Made by a program: the position numbers and the translations under genes. From Eledone cirrhosa (lineage: Eukaryota), in NCBI GenBank assembly GCA_964016885.1, contig OZ024747.1, positions 80,042,001 through 80,106,000 of the forward strand: 64,000 nucleotides of DNA. The letters are read 5' to 3'. The notes under the pieces are model-generated. The model searched no databases, was not told where the DNA came from, and saw nothing but the letters and a program-made list of their open reading frames with translations. Each line of letters starts with the position of its first letter. Positions within the stretch are counted from its first letter, which is position 1. Shown in pieces: positions 32,048-44,801 of the stretch.

Positions 32048-32175
32048 TTTCTTATATAGGCATAAGGCCAGTAATTTTGGGGTAGGGCAAAGACCATTAA
32101 ATCGACCCCAGTGCATTACTGGTGCTTATTTTATCGACCCCAGTACATTACTGGTGCTTTATTTTATTGACCCCG
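32046..32175 (-). mobile_element. 3' part of the same SINE family, with an internal ~32-bp duplication
   Basis: ATCGACCCCAGTRCATTACTGGTGCT repeated; ends AGAAATC(ATT)n. Confidence 0.65.
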
Positions 32176-32184
32176 AAAACTGTT

Positions 32185-32875
32185 GACACCCAGAAATGCA
32201 GGCTCTGTGGAAAGAAGGTAAAAAATGTAACCCACTTGGTTAGTGGATGTGAGAATCTTGCACAAAAACAATACAAGCGCCGCCATGATAAAGTCTGAAT
32301 ATTCCTTCATTGGCTTTTGTGTCGTAAAATACCAATATGAAGTCACAGAGAATTGGTGTGAATATGTGTCTTGTAAAGTAATGCAGGAGAATGGGAAAGA
32401 AACAATATTCTGGGATTATGATTTTAAAACTGACTGAGTAATTGAGCATTGGCGACTGGATATTGTCGTGTTGAACAAGAAAGACAAATACTGTCAGATT
32501 ACCACGTGGCCATACCAAATGACATGAATATTGCGAGTAAGGAGATGGAAAAATATCACCAAGTACTCTGAATTGAAAATGCAGTTGGCAAAACTATTTG
32601 GAATACAAGAGAGTAATGTGAAAGTGATACCAGTTGTGATCATGGAGGCTTTAGGGTCAATCCCACTGTAACTTCAAAACTTCTTTAAGTGACTGGGAAT
32701 ACCATACAGGTTGGGTGTCATATAAAAAGTGGCTTTGCTAGGTACTGCACACGTTTTGAAGAAAGTATTATCTGTCTGAGGTCCTTGTTGCGATTTGACA
32801 GATGAATAAATACACCGCTGCGTTACCCATCTGCTCTGCGTGAGAGTGCGATAACAACAACAATAACAACATCAA
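32185..32875 (+). pseudogene. Decayed 3' end of an R4-like RLE non-LTR element
   Basis: KCRLCGKKVKNVTHLVSGCENLAQKQYKRRHDK..FWDYDFKTD..VALLGTAHVLKKVLSV* with stops and frameshifts; short 3'UTR and (AAC/AAT) tail. Confidence 0.8.
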
Positions 32876-33049
32876 CAAAATCTACAGCAGCATTAATAAT
32901 ATAGCGAGGTAAGTAGATGCTGGACAGCGTCTTCTGTCACTGGACCGAGAGTTTGTCTGTGCTAGAGTCTGATTCAGACCATATTTCCAGTGGCATAAAA
33001 TTTAGAAGAGGGAGCGAACAAAACCCACCAGTCTCAGTCAGAAATAGAT

Positions 33050-34280
33050 TGAGAGGTATCTCATGTTTATTGCGGGATTTCACTATACTACCAAGCACGA
33101 ATCTGTGTGTTTTGGGTGTACACTCTGTTTTGTTTGGGTTTGAGATTTTCTATCAAAGTGCGTTTAAGGTTTGGTTATGTATTTGTTTTGAAGATTTTTT
33201 TTAATCGTTCATAAAACACTTATTATTTTAGGAGTTTTTGTTTTCAGAGCATGTGTTCTGGTTATGTCTATTTTCAGATCCTTATATTTGGAAAATTACT
33301 ACATTTTTCTTCAAAGACATTGATACTTCGATTAATAAGCACTATATTTTGTAGTGGTCCCTTGACAACAGTATTCGGCAATCAAGTTTTTAACTTCCTA
33401 TTGTTGAGACTGTCATCTGAGAGTATAGTTGCTTTGACATAATCTAGGATCTTTTTCGGTGTATGTATATACCACTTCTCTCCTCTTGCTACATTATAAA
33501 GCTGACATAACATTCAGTGATGAATGTTCCAGTTCTGTTATATTTGTAAATGTATATTTTCTTGACAAAGACTCGACTTTAGGCACTTTATCTATTATGC
33601 TTTAGTTTGTTCTTTGTGTGCTCTTTGGTGTAAAAGCTTTCATCTTATTCCATACTCAACAAAATTTCAGTTTTGATGTATTTCTCTGTCACTATTGCGA
33701 TTTTCCGTTGTCTATTTCTACCCAGTTCAGATTTTTTCAGATATTAGGCATGTTAGTTTAATATGACATTCTCTAGATCTATATTAGCTTAGTGTTTAGC
33801 TTTTCAACAATTTTTGTTGGTTCTCATTTCTCCACAGAGCTGCCTGTCATTTTAGCTTCTGATTAATATTTGTTAACTTCATTGAAGACAGAAAACCATT
33901 TATCGTTCATTCGTGTTTTGCAGTTATTTGCATTATTTTTTTCCATTCTTATTATTTTACCATGGATAATTTATAAAAGTTGTCTAGTTGCATAAAGCTT
34001 GTATGAGAAAGTAAATATAATCTTTTTATGTCTGATATTGGACGGTGTGTTCTAATTGCTGTCATTACTTTTTTTATCTAACTTTGTTAGTTCATTTAGC
34101 ATGCAGCAGAGGCTATTATAACTATAAAGTATTACTGACAAAGCTTGGGTATTGAAGCCTATAGCTATATTTTTTCGCACTGAGATATGTTGCATGTAGT
34201 AATCTGTGTCTACAGTATTCCATTCAAACACTGTCTAGTTCATTAATTCCAAAGTATTTGTAAGTCTACGCCTGGTCTAA
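33050..34280 (-). pseudogene. Highly decayed R4-like RT thumb to RLE region
   Basis: Minus-strand remnants TYKYFG, GFNTQALSVILYSY and FSKYKDLKIDITR; boundaries approximate. Confidence 0.5.
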
Positions 34281-34537
34281 TACTCAAGTGGGGATAACTG
34301 CAATTTTAATGACAGCTTCACTACTGTGGAGAGCGAGGAAAAATCAATCATTGGACGTATGAATATGTGATCTGGTGGCAAATTGGCGCTGCTCAAGACC
34401 ACAAAGTTACTTTACGGTTGCACACAGTACTGTTCCAACTAAACTGGTGGTTTAGGACAGAAAGCTCACTTGGTGTACATTTGGCAGTACGATTTACTTG
34501 ATGGCTTTCTATTCGGAGAAGATGAAAAGGAAGAGAA

Positions 34538-34809
<272 letters not shown>

Positions 34810-36449
34810 GCAATGGTAACAATAACAACAACTGTAGGTCTCAAACATTGTTATTTTCAGAGCCTCACTTGTAATTCTGGGGATAGTCGAGAAAATCACT
34901 TCCCCTTCAATGCTAGGACACGACGACCAGGATATATAAGGACCATTCCATTAGCGTCACCTTATTGTTGTAATACAACGGAGAAGAAATGGAAGATAGT
35001 GTTCGAGACTGTAGGAGAAAAGGGAAGGAAGCCCACACATAAAAAACCGAGTCCAGGCCAAAGGAAGACATGCAGCAGGAGAATCCCATCTCTAACTGGG
35101 GTAGCATAGACTTTACAGTCCTTAGAACTGACAACAAAGAGGTGATAGAAGATCTGAACCACTCAAAGGAGGATTGGCGGAGCGATGAACTGGGTGGGTA
35201 GGAAAGGTGGTCAGATTATTCTGATTTATACAAACGTTGTGGAATACATTATTTGGTTTGAGGCCATTATATCTATTTCATATATTTGCTCTGTAATTAT
35301 TTCTAATAAACAGTCGGCTTGTTTGATTAGGCTTTTTTATGATGTATGATATTTTGTTAGTTTGTAGTCTTTTTATAATTTGTAAACGTTTTATCTCATG
35401 AAACTTTTGTTTTATTTCGTCTATCATATTTTCTAAGTTACTGCATTCATTAATTAATGTTGACGCTAAATAGCCTATTATTATTACTTGACAGTGTTAG
35501 GTCTTAAGTTTGTGTTTAGTCTTACTTCATTCTTCCTGGCTTGTAGAGTATTTATATTCTCTTCCTCTGAAGTCTATATTTGTATTATTTTCATATTGTA
35601 GTGCGAGTTGTACTGTACTGCATTGTTTTAGTATGTCTCTATATTTTCCTGTTCGACTATAGTTCTTCAGTTCTTTTCTAAAACGTTTATCGTACATTTG
35701 ATAATTTCATTATATTTTTTTTGTGGGCTACTCTTTTGTGAGCGAATGCCGCGATTGCTCTCGTCCCCATAAAACTTGGTATATAGATTTCAAGGTATTA
35801 CTTGAAGGGTTTAGTTTGTTGGTAAATAAAACTTTTAAAAACTCTAAACATTCGGCTCTGTTTCACTTCTGTCTGAATCGCTCTTTTATCTTTTTATTGT
35901 TTGGACTTGGTAAAATTCTTCTTCGTTACGTGGTTCAGCTTCATTAAGTCTCATTGCCTAATTATTTCAGTGCTCAGTTTTCGATTCTAAAGAGTTTGGT
36001 AATCGCGTTGCCATAATGAAACTCTAATTAATATCCCTAGCATACTGGAAAATATTAAAATCTTTCCAGGTCATTAGTCGCTATTTTTCTCAATAGCTTT
36101 AGGTAGACAGGGTGATATGTGATAAAATTAACATTAAAATTAGCACCAAGACTGCGCCTTTGATTACGAGGACAATACCATTGACAATCTTCCAAAAGAT
36201 TACTTCAGCTAATAATTTTTTTGAGAATTATTCACAATTTTTCTCTGAACTATGTAGTTTTTTAAAAAATAATACAGTGGTCATAAGAGGTGGTTTTGAA
36301 TACTAAACATCCTTATTGACAGTAGTTTTTGTGGCAACTATTTCCGTCTTTATAACGACCGTATTATTTCCTCTTCTCCACAGTATTCATGTTACTTTGC
36401 TTCTATTTTGTCTGGTTAGATTGCTTCTGCTATTTTTGTTGCGGAGATT

Positions 36450-36612
36450 TGAAGATGGAGAAGTATGAACTCTTAAAGGAGGAGCATTGGGCTGCATATC
36501 GGACAGTTTTGAGTTCTGTGTAAATAGAACCGGAATTGTTGCAACATTACAGGTCATGCAGGAGACAACACTTCTTGGTACAGCAAGGATTTTAAGGAAA
36601 GTCTTGTCTGTT
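36450..36612 (+). pseudogene. Short C-terminal remnant of an R4-like element
   Basis: LQVMQETTLLGTARILRKVLS matches the C-terminal motif seen near 32.7 kb. Confidence 0.55.
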
Positions 36613-36647
36613 GAAGGACGTAGATTTCATTCATACCCTTACATTGC

Positions 36648-36835
36648 TGAGAGGCAGTATCGGTAGAGGGATGTACGCCATGTTTTATAACATAGTTACG
36701 TCCCTTTACGGTCTGAGTTCAAATCCCGTCGAAGTTAACTTTGCCTTTCATCCTTATGGGTTCGATAAAATAAAGTATCAGAAATGCACTGGGTAATTGT
36801 GGCCTTGTGCCAAATGTAGCAACAATTATAATTAT
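36648..36835 (+). mobile_element. SINE (same Deu/Nin-like family)
   Basis: GGTCTGAGTTCAAATCCC..TTTGCCTTTCATCCT..TCGATAAAATAAAGTA..GGCCTTGTGCCAAA. Confidence 0.72.
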
Positions 36836-37585
36836 TGTCATCTGTATCACTGCAGAGTTGTCAAGTACCAGCTATCCACAAACAGTGGACTGTGGAGGTA
36901 TATTACGTTTTAAAAAATACGTTACACGCTAGGTAACAAACATACAATTGTATTCAAACCTGACTATAATGTTCATTATGCGTTGAGAGGAGAAACAATT
37001 TCCCCCAAATTTTCAAATGAGAATTATCTCCTTTGGTTTTTAAAGAAGAACAGTCTACAATATACGATTTTTGTTGGTGTTCTAGTGAGCTCCTTTAAGG
37101 TATTTTTAAAAATAATTTACAACTTAAATCACGTACATATTACATCTTCACATCGATTAACTTATAACTAAAGTCACGCACATATTCTACATACGTTCAA
37201 TTCAAAGATTGTCGTGCTGTAGTATTATAATTTAGGTTTAGTTTTGAAGGTAACCCCCGTTTGTTCTTTAGGAAAAACTCTCCATGAAATAAGAGTCATG
37301 CTTCGTGAACTAACGGGGTTTCTTTAAATTTCGTCCTTGCACCTGACGAGGGAGATCAGTCTTAGAACAGCTCCTCCTCTATATAGTGGGAGGCCATATC
37401 TGGATCCCAGACATAGTCACGCATACATGTTAAGTGTATGAAATTTTAATATGCACTATATATACATATATATATATATATATGTGTGTGTGTGTATGCA
37501 TGTATGTACATCTATACACCAGAAGCAGACAGGAAAATAAAATAATGTGATAGGAAGTAGGAAGGTGGAAGGAGTAGACGACGCG

Positions 37586-37644
<59 letters not shown>

Positions 37645-38171
37645 TACATATATGTATGGGTATGTGTGTGTGTGGTGTGTATCTCAAGCCATGCCACAGT
37701 CGTTCGTGTCTCTGATCACTGCCATATTTATCCAATCTCATTAGATCTGCGATAGTTGCTTCTGTCAATAATCCCGGTGGCGTCGTGCCAGGTATTGGTA
37801 GCTAAATGAGAAATAATTGATTATGGCAGAATAGCGATCACTTTCTATTTCTCTTTTATCTTCTGCTCTTCCTGTTCCTTCTCTGTCTCCCAATTCAGAA
37901 CCAACCATTCTCATTAACCTCCTTCTCATCATCGTCATCATTATTCTCATCTTAACCTCATGAATATTTCAATATTTATGTTAATTTTGCACCTGCTGCA
38001 TCGTAATAATCAACACTCATACACAAATCTATGTATATATATATATATACATATACATCAGAAGATCCCGTTAAGGGTGAAAGCAGCGATTCCTTGCTTA
38101 AACTTTAATCTGTTATTTGAATATATATATATATATATTGGAAAACGTGTGAATCCTTGGTACAGTTAGGT

Positions 38172-38298
38172 ATATTTGAACAAAGAAAAAGAGTGACTTC
38201 ATTTGTAGTTCTAAAGAGTTGAATTTTATAAAATTATAATTTTAAAATTAAATTGTTTAGAATTACAAGTGAAGTCACTCTTTTTCTTTTTCAAATAT
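38172..38298. repeat. Imperfect inverted repeat, ~44-bp arms
   Basis: 38172-38215 is the reverse complement of 38256-38298. Confidence 0.8.
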
Positions 38299-38310
38299 GC
38301 ATATATATAT

Positions 38311-38560
38311 ATATTGTTATGCTTTGGGAGGGTCATGTTGCCAATAAGAAACACACGCACCAGTTGCTTTCACTCCAATTTATTATAAATTAAATTTATA
38401 AATTTAAGAATTTATAAATTTCCGGGTGGTTCGTTGGTTCCACAACCGGAAATTTATAAATTCTTAAATTTATAAATTTAATTTATAATAAATTGAAGTG
38501 AAAGCAACTGGTGCGTGTGTTTCTTATTGGCAACATGACCCTCCCAAAGCATAACAGTAT
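38311..38560. repeat. Fold-back inverted repeat, ~115-bp arms, 20-nt loop
   Basis: 38311-38425 is the near-perfect reverse complement of 38446-38560; adjoins (AT)n. Confidence 0.92.
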
Positions 38561-38722
38561 CGGTTTCAACACACGTTTTCAGATAAAGAATCTTCCTAAA
38601 CAAATTCAGAAACGAAATATATACATTGATATATATATATATATATATATATATACGTTATTCCGGGTTGAATCGGAGGTAACCACAGTAAGTAAGGTAC
38701 TCAATACATAGCAGAGTATAAC

Positions 38723-38972
<250 letters not shown>

Positions 38973-39077
38973 GTGTGTATAGTAATAATATATAATATTA
39001 ATGAATATGAAGACCAAAATCCGAAGAGGGCTCGATAAGGATTGGAAATATATTATTGTTATTAGTACAGATTAATA

Positions 39078-40111
39078 AAGCACCATGGGTCCAGTGGAAG
39101 ACACTCAACCACCTGAGAACAGGGATGGGGCGATCAAAAGCTGCTATGGCCAGATGGGGCTACAAGACCGGCCCAACCATCTGTGAATGCGGAGAGGAGG
39201 ACCACACGATGCAGCACTGCCTTGTTTGCCCTCTACTACCCAACCATCTGTGAATGCGGAGAGGAGGACCACACGATGCAGCACTGCCTTGTTTGCCCTC
39301 TACTACCCAACCATCTGTGAATGCGGAGAGGAGGACCACACGATGCAGCACTGCCTTGTTTGCCCTCTACTACCCAACCATCTGTGAATGCGGAGAGGAG
39401 GACCACACGATGCAGCACTGCCTTGTTTGCCCTCTACTACCCAACCATCTGTGAATGCAGAGAGGAGGACCACACGATGCAGCACTGCCTTGTTTGCCCT
39501 CTACTACCCAACCATCTGTGAATGCGGAGAGGAGGACCACACGATGCAGCACTGCCTTGTTTGCCCTCTACTACCCAACCATCTGTGAATGCGGAGAGGA
39601 GGACCACACGATGCAGCACTGCCTTGTTTGCCCTCTACTACCCAACCATCTGTGAATGCAGAGAGGAGGACCACACGATGCAGCACTGCCTTGTTTGCCC
39701 TCTACTACCCAACCATCTGTGAATGCAGAGAGGAGGACCACACGATGCAGCACTGCCTTGTTTGCCCTCTACTACCCAACCATCTGTGAATGCGGAGAGG
39801 AGGACCACACGATGCAGCACTGCCTTGTTTGCCCTCTACTACCCAACCATCTGTGAATGCGGAGAGGAGGACCACACGATGCAGCACTGCCTTGTTTGCC
39901 CTCTACTACCCAACCAGTGCAGCTTAAAAGATCTCGCAGAATTTAATAATAATGCAAAGGACTGTGTAAAGAAATGGGAAACTGTCATATAACCAGATGC
40001 TTCGAAGATTCGAGAAGAAGAAGAAGAAGAAGAAGAAGAAGAAGAAGAAGAAGAAGAAGAAGAAGAAGAAGAAGAAGAAGAAGAAGAAGAAGAAGAAGAA
40101 GAAGAAGAAGA
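39078..40111 (+). mobile_element. 5'-truncated RTEX/RTE-like LINE 3' end with (AAG)n tail
   Basis: WKTLNHLRTGMGRSKAAMARWGY..CECG..TMQHCLVCP..CSLKDL..W; stop at 39992, ~20-nt 3'UTR, then (AAG)~33. Confidence 0.75.
39172..39916 (+). repeat. 67-bp minisatellite, 11 copies plus 8 bp
   Basis: Unit CCCAACCATCTGTGAATGCRGAGAGGAGGACCACACGATGCAGCACTGCCTTGTTTGCCCTCTACTA. Confidence 0.97.
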
Positions 40112-40468
40112 ATCGCTGCTTTCACCATATTACGGGGTCTTCTGGATGGATTCAATTTGAAACTGGTTAGACCATTACTCAACAGAGTACTCGATACTTA
40201 GGTGGGGTTGTAGAGTAGGTTATGTTAGAGACAATAAAAATAATATTAATTATAAATCGAAATATTTTAATTGAAATATAGATATTTTACCTAGCCGTAA
40301 ATATCAAAAGATGAAAGTAATTTAGAGGAAGGGAAATTGATTATATCGACCACAGTATGTGTTTGGTTCTTTTTTTTTCATTAACCTCGGAAAGATGAAA
40401 GGCCAAGTGGTACTTGGTAGAATTTGAACTGAGAACGAAGGAAGTGGTGACTATATATCGTAAAGTAT

Positions 40469-40770
40469 TTGATCCAATTGGTTGAGAAATTCCTGTATTT
40501 GGGAGCAAGGATTGGGAATACGGAAGATGATGTGGTTGAGAGGAAGAGCAAGGCCTGGGCGGCGTGCCACAGCTTGAGATCGGTGTGGAAGTCGGACCTT
40601 CGTAGAGACCTGAAAATCCGCCTCTTCATTGCTGTAGTGGAGTCTGTGCTGCTGTATGGGTCTGAGACTTGGACACTGACCAAGAAACTCACTCAGATGG
40701 TGGATGGGTGCTACACGAGAATGCTGAGGATGGCTCTGAACATTAATCAGTATACACTGAGAATGAAATG
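40469..40770 (+). pseudogene. RTE-clade LINE fragment (RT thumb region)
   Basis: VEKFLYLG..AWAACHSLRSVWKS..KIRLFIAVVESVLLYGSETW..DGCYTRMLR. Confidence 0.8.
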
Positions 40771-40789
40771 CAGTTATTAGATGCAACAT

Positions 40790-42550
40790 TTTTGGAATGT
40801 TTTACATATTTTACTGTTCCATTAATGGATTATACTTGTAATTTCCTAACTAGTTGTGTTCTTTCTGTTCTTGTGAAGCCTAGCTTCTTAAGATTTGTAT
40901 TGAGGCAGTTACTAACATATCCCAGTGCCCCACTAATCACAGTCATAAATCTGAAGGTGTAATCAGGGTGGAGTATCTGCAGATCTCTCATCAGTTCTGC
41001 ATAAATATTCTCCTTTTCGCTAATCTTTGATATTATATTGACATCTGCTGGGCAGCTAATTTCCACTACTGTGCATGTTTTCTTCTCCTTGTCTCATATC
41101 ATAATATCTGGTCTGTTATTCCTGCATTTTATTGCGCTTTTTACTGGAACATTCCACCAGTACTCTTTCATATTATGTAGATGGATGACTTCCACATTGC
41201 TGTAGCTTTTAATGTGTTTATTATCGGGGTATCTTTTTTACGAACTGCATTGTACAGTGTTTAGGACAGGCACAGCAAACACATTGTGAGCCACTGTTTT
41301 GTTTCGCGCAGAGAGCTCCGATGACCAGATCTTTCTTAATCGGGTGTAGTATTCCCTGGTTACGCGTTCTTTATTACAGATACCATTATAGGATATGTTC
41401 TCATCTATCCCCAGGTATCTGTAGCAGTCCTCATCAGATATCGGTGAAACAGTTAGGCCATTGATGACAATGTTGCTAGATTGGGTTGTTGTTTTTCCCC
41501 TCTTTACAGTCATGTATGAGCATTTATCTTGGCCAAACTCCATTCCTATATCCTTTGAGAACGTTGTAACCAGGTCAAGATTTTTCTTCATCCCATCCAT
41601 GATCTTGGCATAGAGTTTCAGATCGTTCACAAAGAAATTATGGGTTAGGTTCGTATTTCTGTCCTCCTGTGAGCCAATGATGTATCCCTCACATTTCTTG
41701 AGCAGAAAGGACAAGGGGTTTAATGACAAGATGAATAATATCACAGAGAGACTGTCCCCCTGAAATATACCCCTGCAATATTTTATTTTATCAGTGAAAA
41801 TAGAGTCCTCCCTCTCTGCCTTTAACCTTAGGATAGTAGCCCAAGAAGAAGACAGCCTCTCTATGGCTCTGACAATAATGTCTGGGACTTTAGCAAGTTG
41901 GAGGGCCTCTATCATCCAAGAGTGGGGAACAGAATCGAAAGCTTTCTTGTAGTCCAGCCAGACTGTAGTCATATTCCTACTAAGTTGTCGCACCTCCGAC
42001 ATCGCAGTTTTGTTGATTAGGAGTTGTTCAGCACATCCCCAAACCCCTTTCTTTCCAGTTGCTTGTTCATCTGTGATGATGTTATTATTTTCACAGTGAT
42101 CTTGGAGGAATAGGTTCAGACAGACTGTATACATCTTATACATCAGGTTCTGGCATGCAATGGATCGGTAGTTTTTTGCCAAGTGGGTGTCTTTGTTCTT
42201 GGGGACCAGTAATGTTTGTGCTAATGTCAACCATTCTGGTATAAGTGTATCTCCCTTAAGAACTTGTTGGTAGAGGTCAGTAAGATACCTCCGATAGAAT
42301 ATCAGTTTTTTGTACCAGTAGCCGACAATCATGTCTTTTCCTGGTGTTTTCTTATCTTGGAGTTTCCCTATCACAGTCTCAAGGGTAGCCTCACTTATTT
42401 CGTATGTTTTTGTTGTAGTGTAGGAGCAATAGTTCTTTCGGATTTCTCTTAGCCACACTGCATCTTGGTTGAAATTCTTCTTTTCACCCCATATTTTGCT
42501 CCAAAAGGAATCTGTCTTTCTGGGATGGGCCTCAGTGACACTTATTATTT
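40790..42550 (-). pseudogene. Internally deleted R4-like RLE non-LTR element (RT in ORF 41238..42458, RLE at ~40830-41200)
   Basis: DYKKAFDSVPH, RGIFQGDSLS, catalytic motif mutated to FVND, YRYLG; downstream NRPDIMI*D..VEISCP..GALG. Confidence 0.88.
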
Positions 42551-42660
42551 AGCCCTTCATATCTCTATAGACTGATGTATGTATGTATACATGTATGTAT
42601 ATATGTATGTATGTATGTATATATGTATGTATATATGTATGTATATATGTATGTATATAT

Positions 42661-42930
42661 GTCGGGTCACCAGTTGGTGCTACTGGTAACATGTATCCCA
42701 GTACAACCTGTCCCATGGTCGGGTCGTTGGCGACTAAACTGGCAACCCCACCAAGGTTTCTTGGTGAGGAGGGTGACTTTGGACATCCTGCAGGACTAAA
42801 AACAAAACCTGTCAAAGGGCAAAGGAGCTCTTAAGAGTCAATGGCCATCCAAAATCACCGGGAGAGATGACCCCTTAGCCTTTGTCAAAGCAGAATTCTA
42901 GGAGAAGGAAAACTCTGATATAACACCTGC
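42661..42930 (+). mobile_element. Probable 5' end of an RTE-like LINE
   Basis: GC-richer structured island next to a (TATG)-type tract; recognition by resemblance only. Confidence 0.3.
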
Positions 42931-43269
42931 AACCCTGATGGTATCCAATGATGTTGACTTGTTCTTCTTTTTGGTAAATATCATCTTGGTTAAAAGAGTG
43001 GGACTGGCTTTGTGCAGTGCCTTTGCTCACTATAAAAGCTTCACGGCACAGGCATTGCTTTATATCTGGAGATCTCTCTGCATTTGTCGTCACATGGTGC
43101 CATGGGCCCAGCACTATGTATCAATAATTGTCACAGGTGTAGTGTTTGTACCAGAGTTTTCAAGTCGCTGGCTGGACTAAAAAGTCACACTCGTTTAGCG
43201 CATCGGTAGGGGTTCTCCTACATGGATATAAAGTAGTGGCCGTACTCGAAAACGAGTTGGCAGCCACCA

Positions 43270-43433
43270 TATATGTATATATGTATGTATGCATGCATGT
43301 ATGTATGTATGTATGTATGTATGTATGTATGTATGTATGTATGTATGTATGTATGTATGTATGTATGTATGTATGTATGTATATATGAATGTGTATATAT
43401 GTATATATATGTATGTATGCATGTATGTATGTA

Positions 43434-43470
<37 letters not shown>
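43270..43470. repeat. (TATG)n/(AT)n microsatellite
   Basis: Direct reading. Confidence 0.95.
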
Positions 43471-43472
<2 letters not shown>

Positions 43473-43892
43473 ATAATTATACACATATAACGATATTCAT
43501 GTGAGTTTAACATTAAAAAAACAACACCAACGAAACAACAAAAATCTGTTAAGTATTAATTGTAAATTGAAATATCTAAACTGAAATACACATATTTTAC
43601 CTAGCGGGTAATATCAAAAGATAAAAATAATTTATTTCATAAAAATATGGACAAGCAATATTTTTCTTTCTTTGTAGATTATTCGAAGATTTACCATATT
43701 ATTCTTTTTCCTTGCTGATTCTTAATGGTTTCAAATGAATTATGTTTCATATTCAAATAAAATAGATGGTCTTATTTGAAACGTTACAAATTTACAGATA
43801 CTGCCTGGTATACATTTACTTTACCTGTATACATATGCACACAGTTACACACACACACACACATATATATGTAATATTTGTTATAATTATAT

Positions 43893-43926
<34 letters not shown>

Positions 43927-43931
<5 letters not shown>

Positions 43932-44572
43932 AAATTGAGGTTGGTAATGGCACATGGAATATATAAGAGACAGAATACTTTTTTGTGAAAAAACATAATT
44001 TTATAAGGTAAGGAAATAATAAAGGGTATAAAAAATGACCGGTTTCGATGGGTCTGCAAAAGCCATCTTTTCAAATGTTGATTAATATTAAGAAAAATTA
44101 ATAATACGAAGAGTTAAAATTTGAGACTTGAAAATTCAAGTATAAAATATATATATATACCACCAAGTATAAAATATATATATATACCACCCTCCCACCC
44201 CCTCACTGACCAGCAGCTGGCTATTGCTAAATCTGACCTTTATAAAATAACCCACACCCCAAATAACTTCTCATTCACTACCAGAAAGGGACACAGCAGT
44301 CAACCTGTTGTTGCTACCTAGATGAAAACTGCTATGAAATCCCACAATGAATTTTATACTTGAATTTTCAAGTCTCAAATTTTAACTCTTCGTATTATTA
44401 ATTTTTCTTAATATTAATCAACATTTGAAAAGATGGCTTTTGCAGACCCATCGAAACCGGTCATTTTTTATACCCTTTATTATTTCCTTACCTTATAAAA
44501 TTATGTTTTTTCACAAAAAAGTATTCTGTCTCTTATATATTCCATGTGCCATTACCAACCTCAATTTTCTCT
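43927..44572. repeat. Inverted repeat with 222-bp arms and 202-bp spacer (Penelope pLTR-like)
   Basis: 43927-44148 is the reverse complement of 44351-44572; arm carries a degenerate hammerhead-like UUGAAAA-GAUGG..CCAUC-GAAACCGGUC; (AT)n close by on both sides. Confidence 0.88.
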
Positions 44573-44603
44573 ATAACCTTCGTTTTGTGTAGAAAATTAC
44601 ACT

Positions 44604-44676
<73 letters not shown>

Positions 44677-44801
44677 GGAGGTGAGTTTTATTGTAGTACA
44701 ATAAAGCAATGCAGATATCGGGGATAAGAAGCACTCTACAGTTTGTAGGACTGGAGTATACATAATATATAAGATCAAAAGATGGTTAAATGAGTTCCAT
44801 G

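Noticed and set aside
35500-36020. Possible N-terminal part of an R4-like ORF on the minus strand
   Set aside because: Too decayed; no diagnostic motif readable
37338-37425. CTGACGA..GATCCC hammerhead-like motif beside a short inverted repeat
   Set aside because: GAAA core missing and helix I does not pair; at best a dead relic
39172-39916. CRISPR array or tandem zinc-finger gene
   Set aside because: No unique spacers, no cas genes, eukaryotic context; the 67-bp unit shifts frame and hits a stop every third unit
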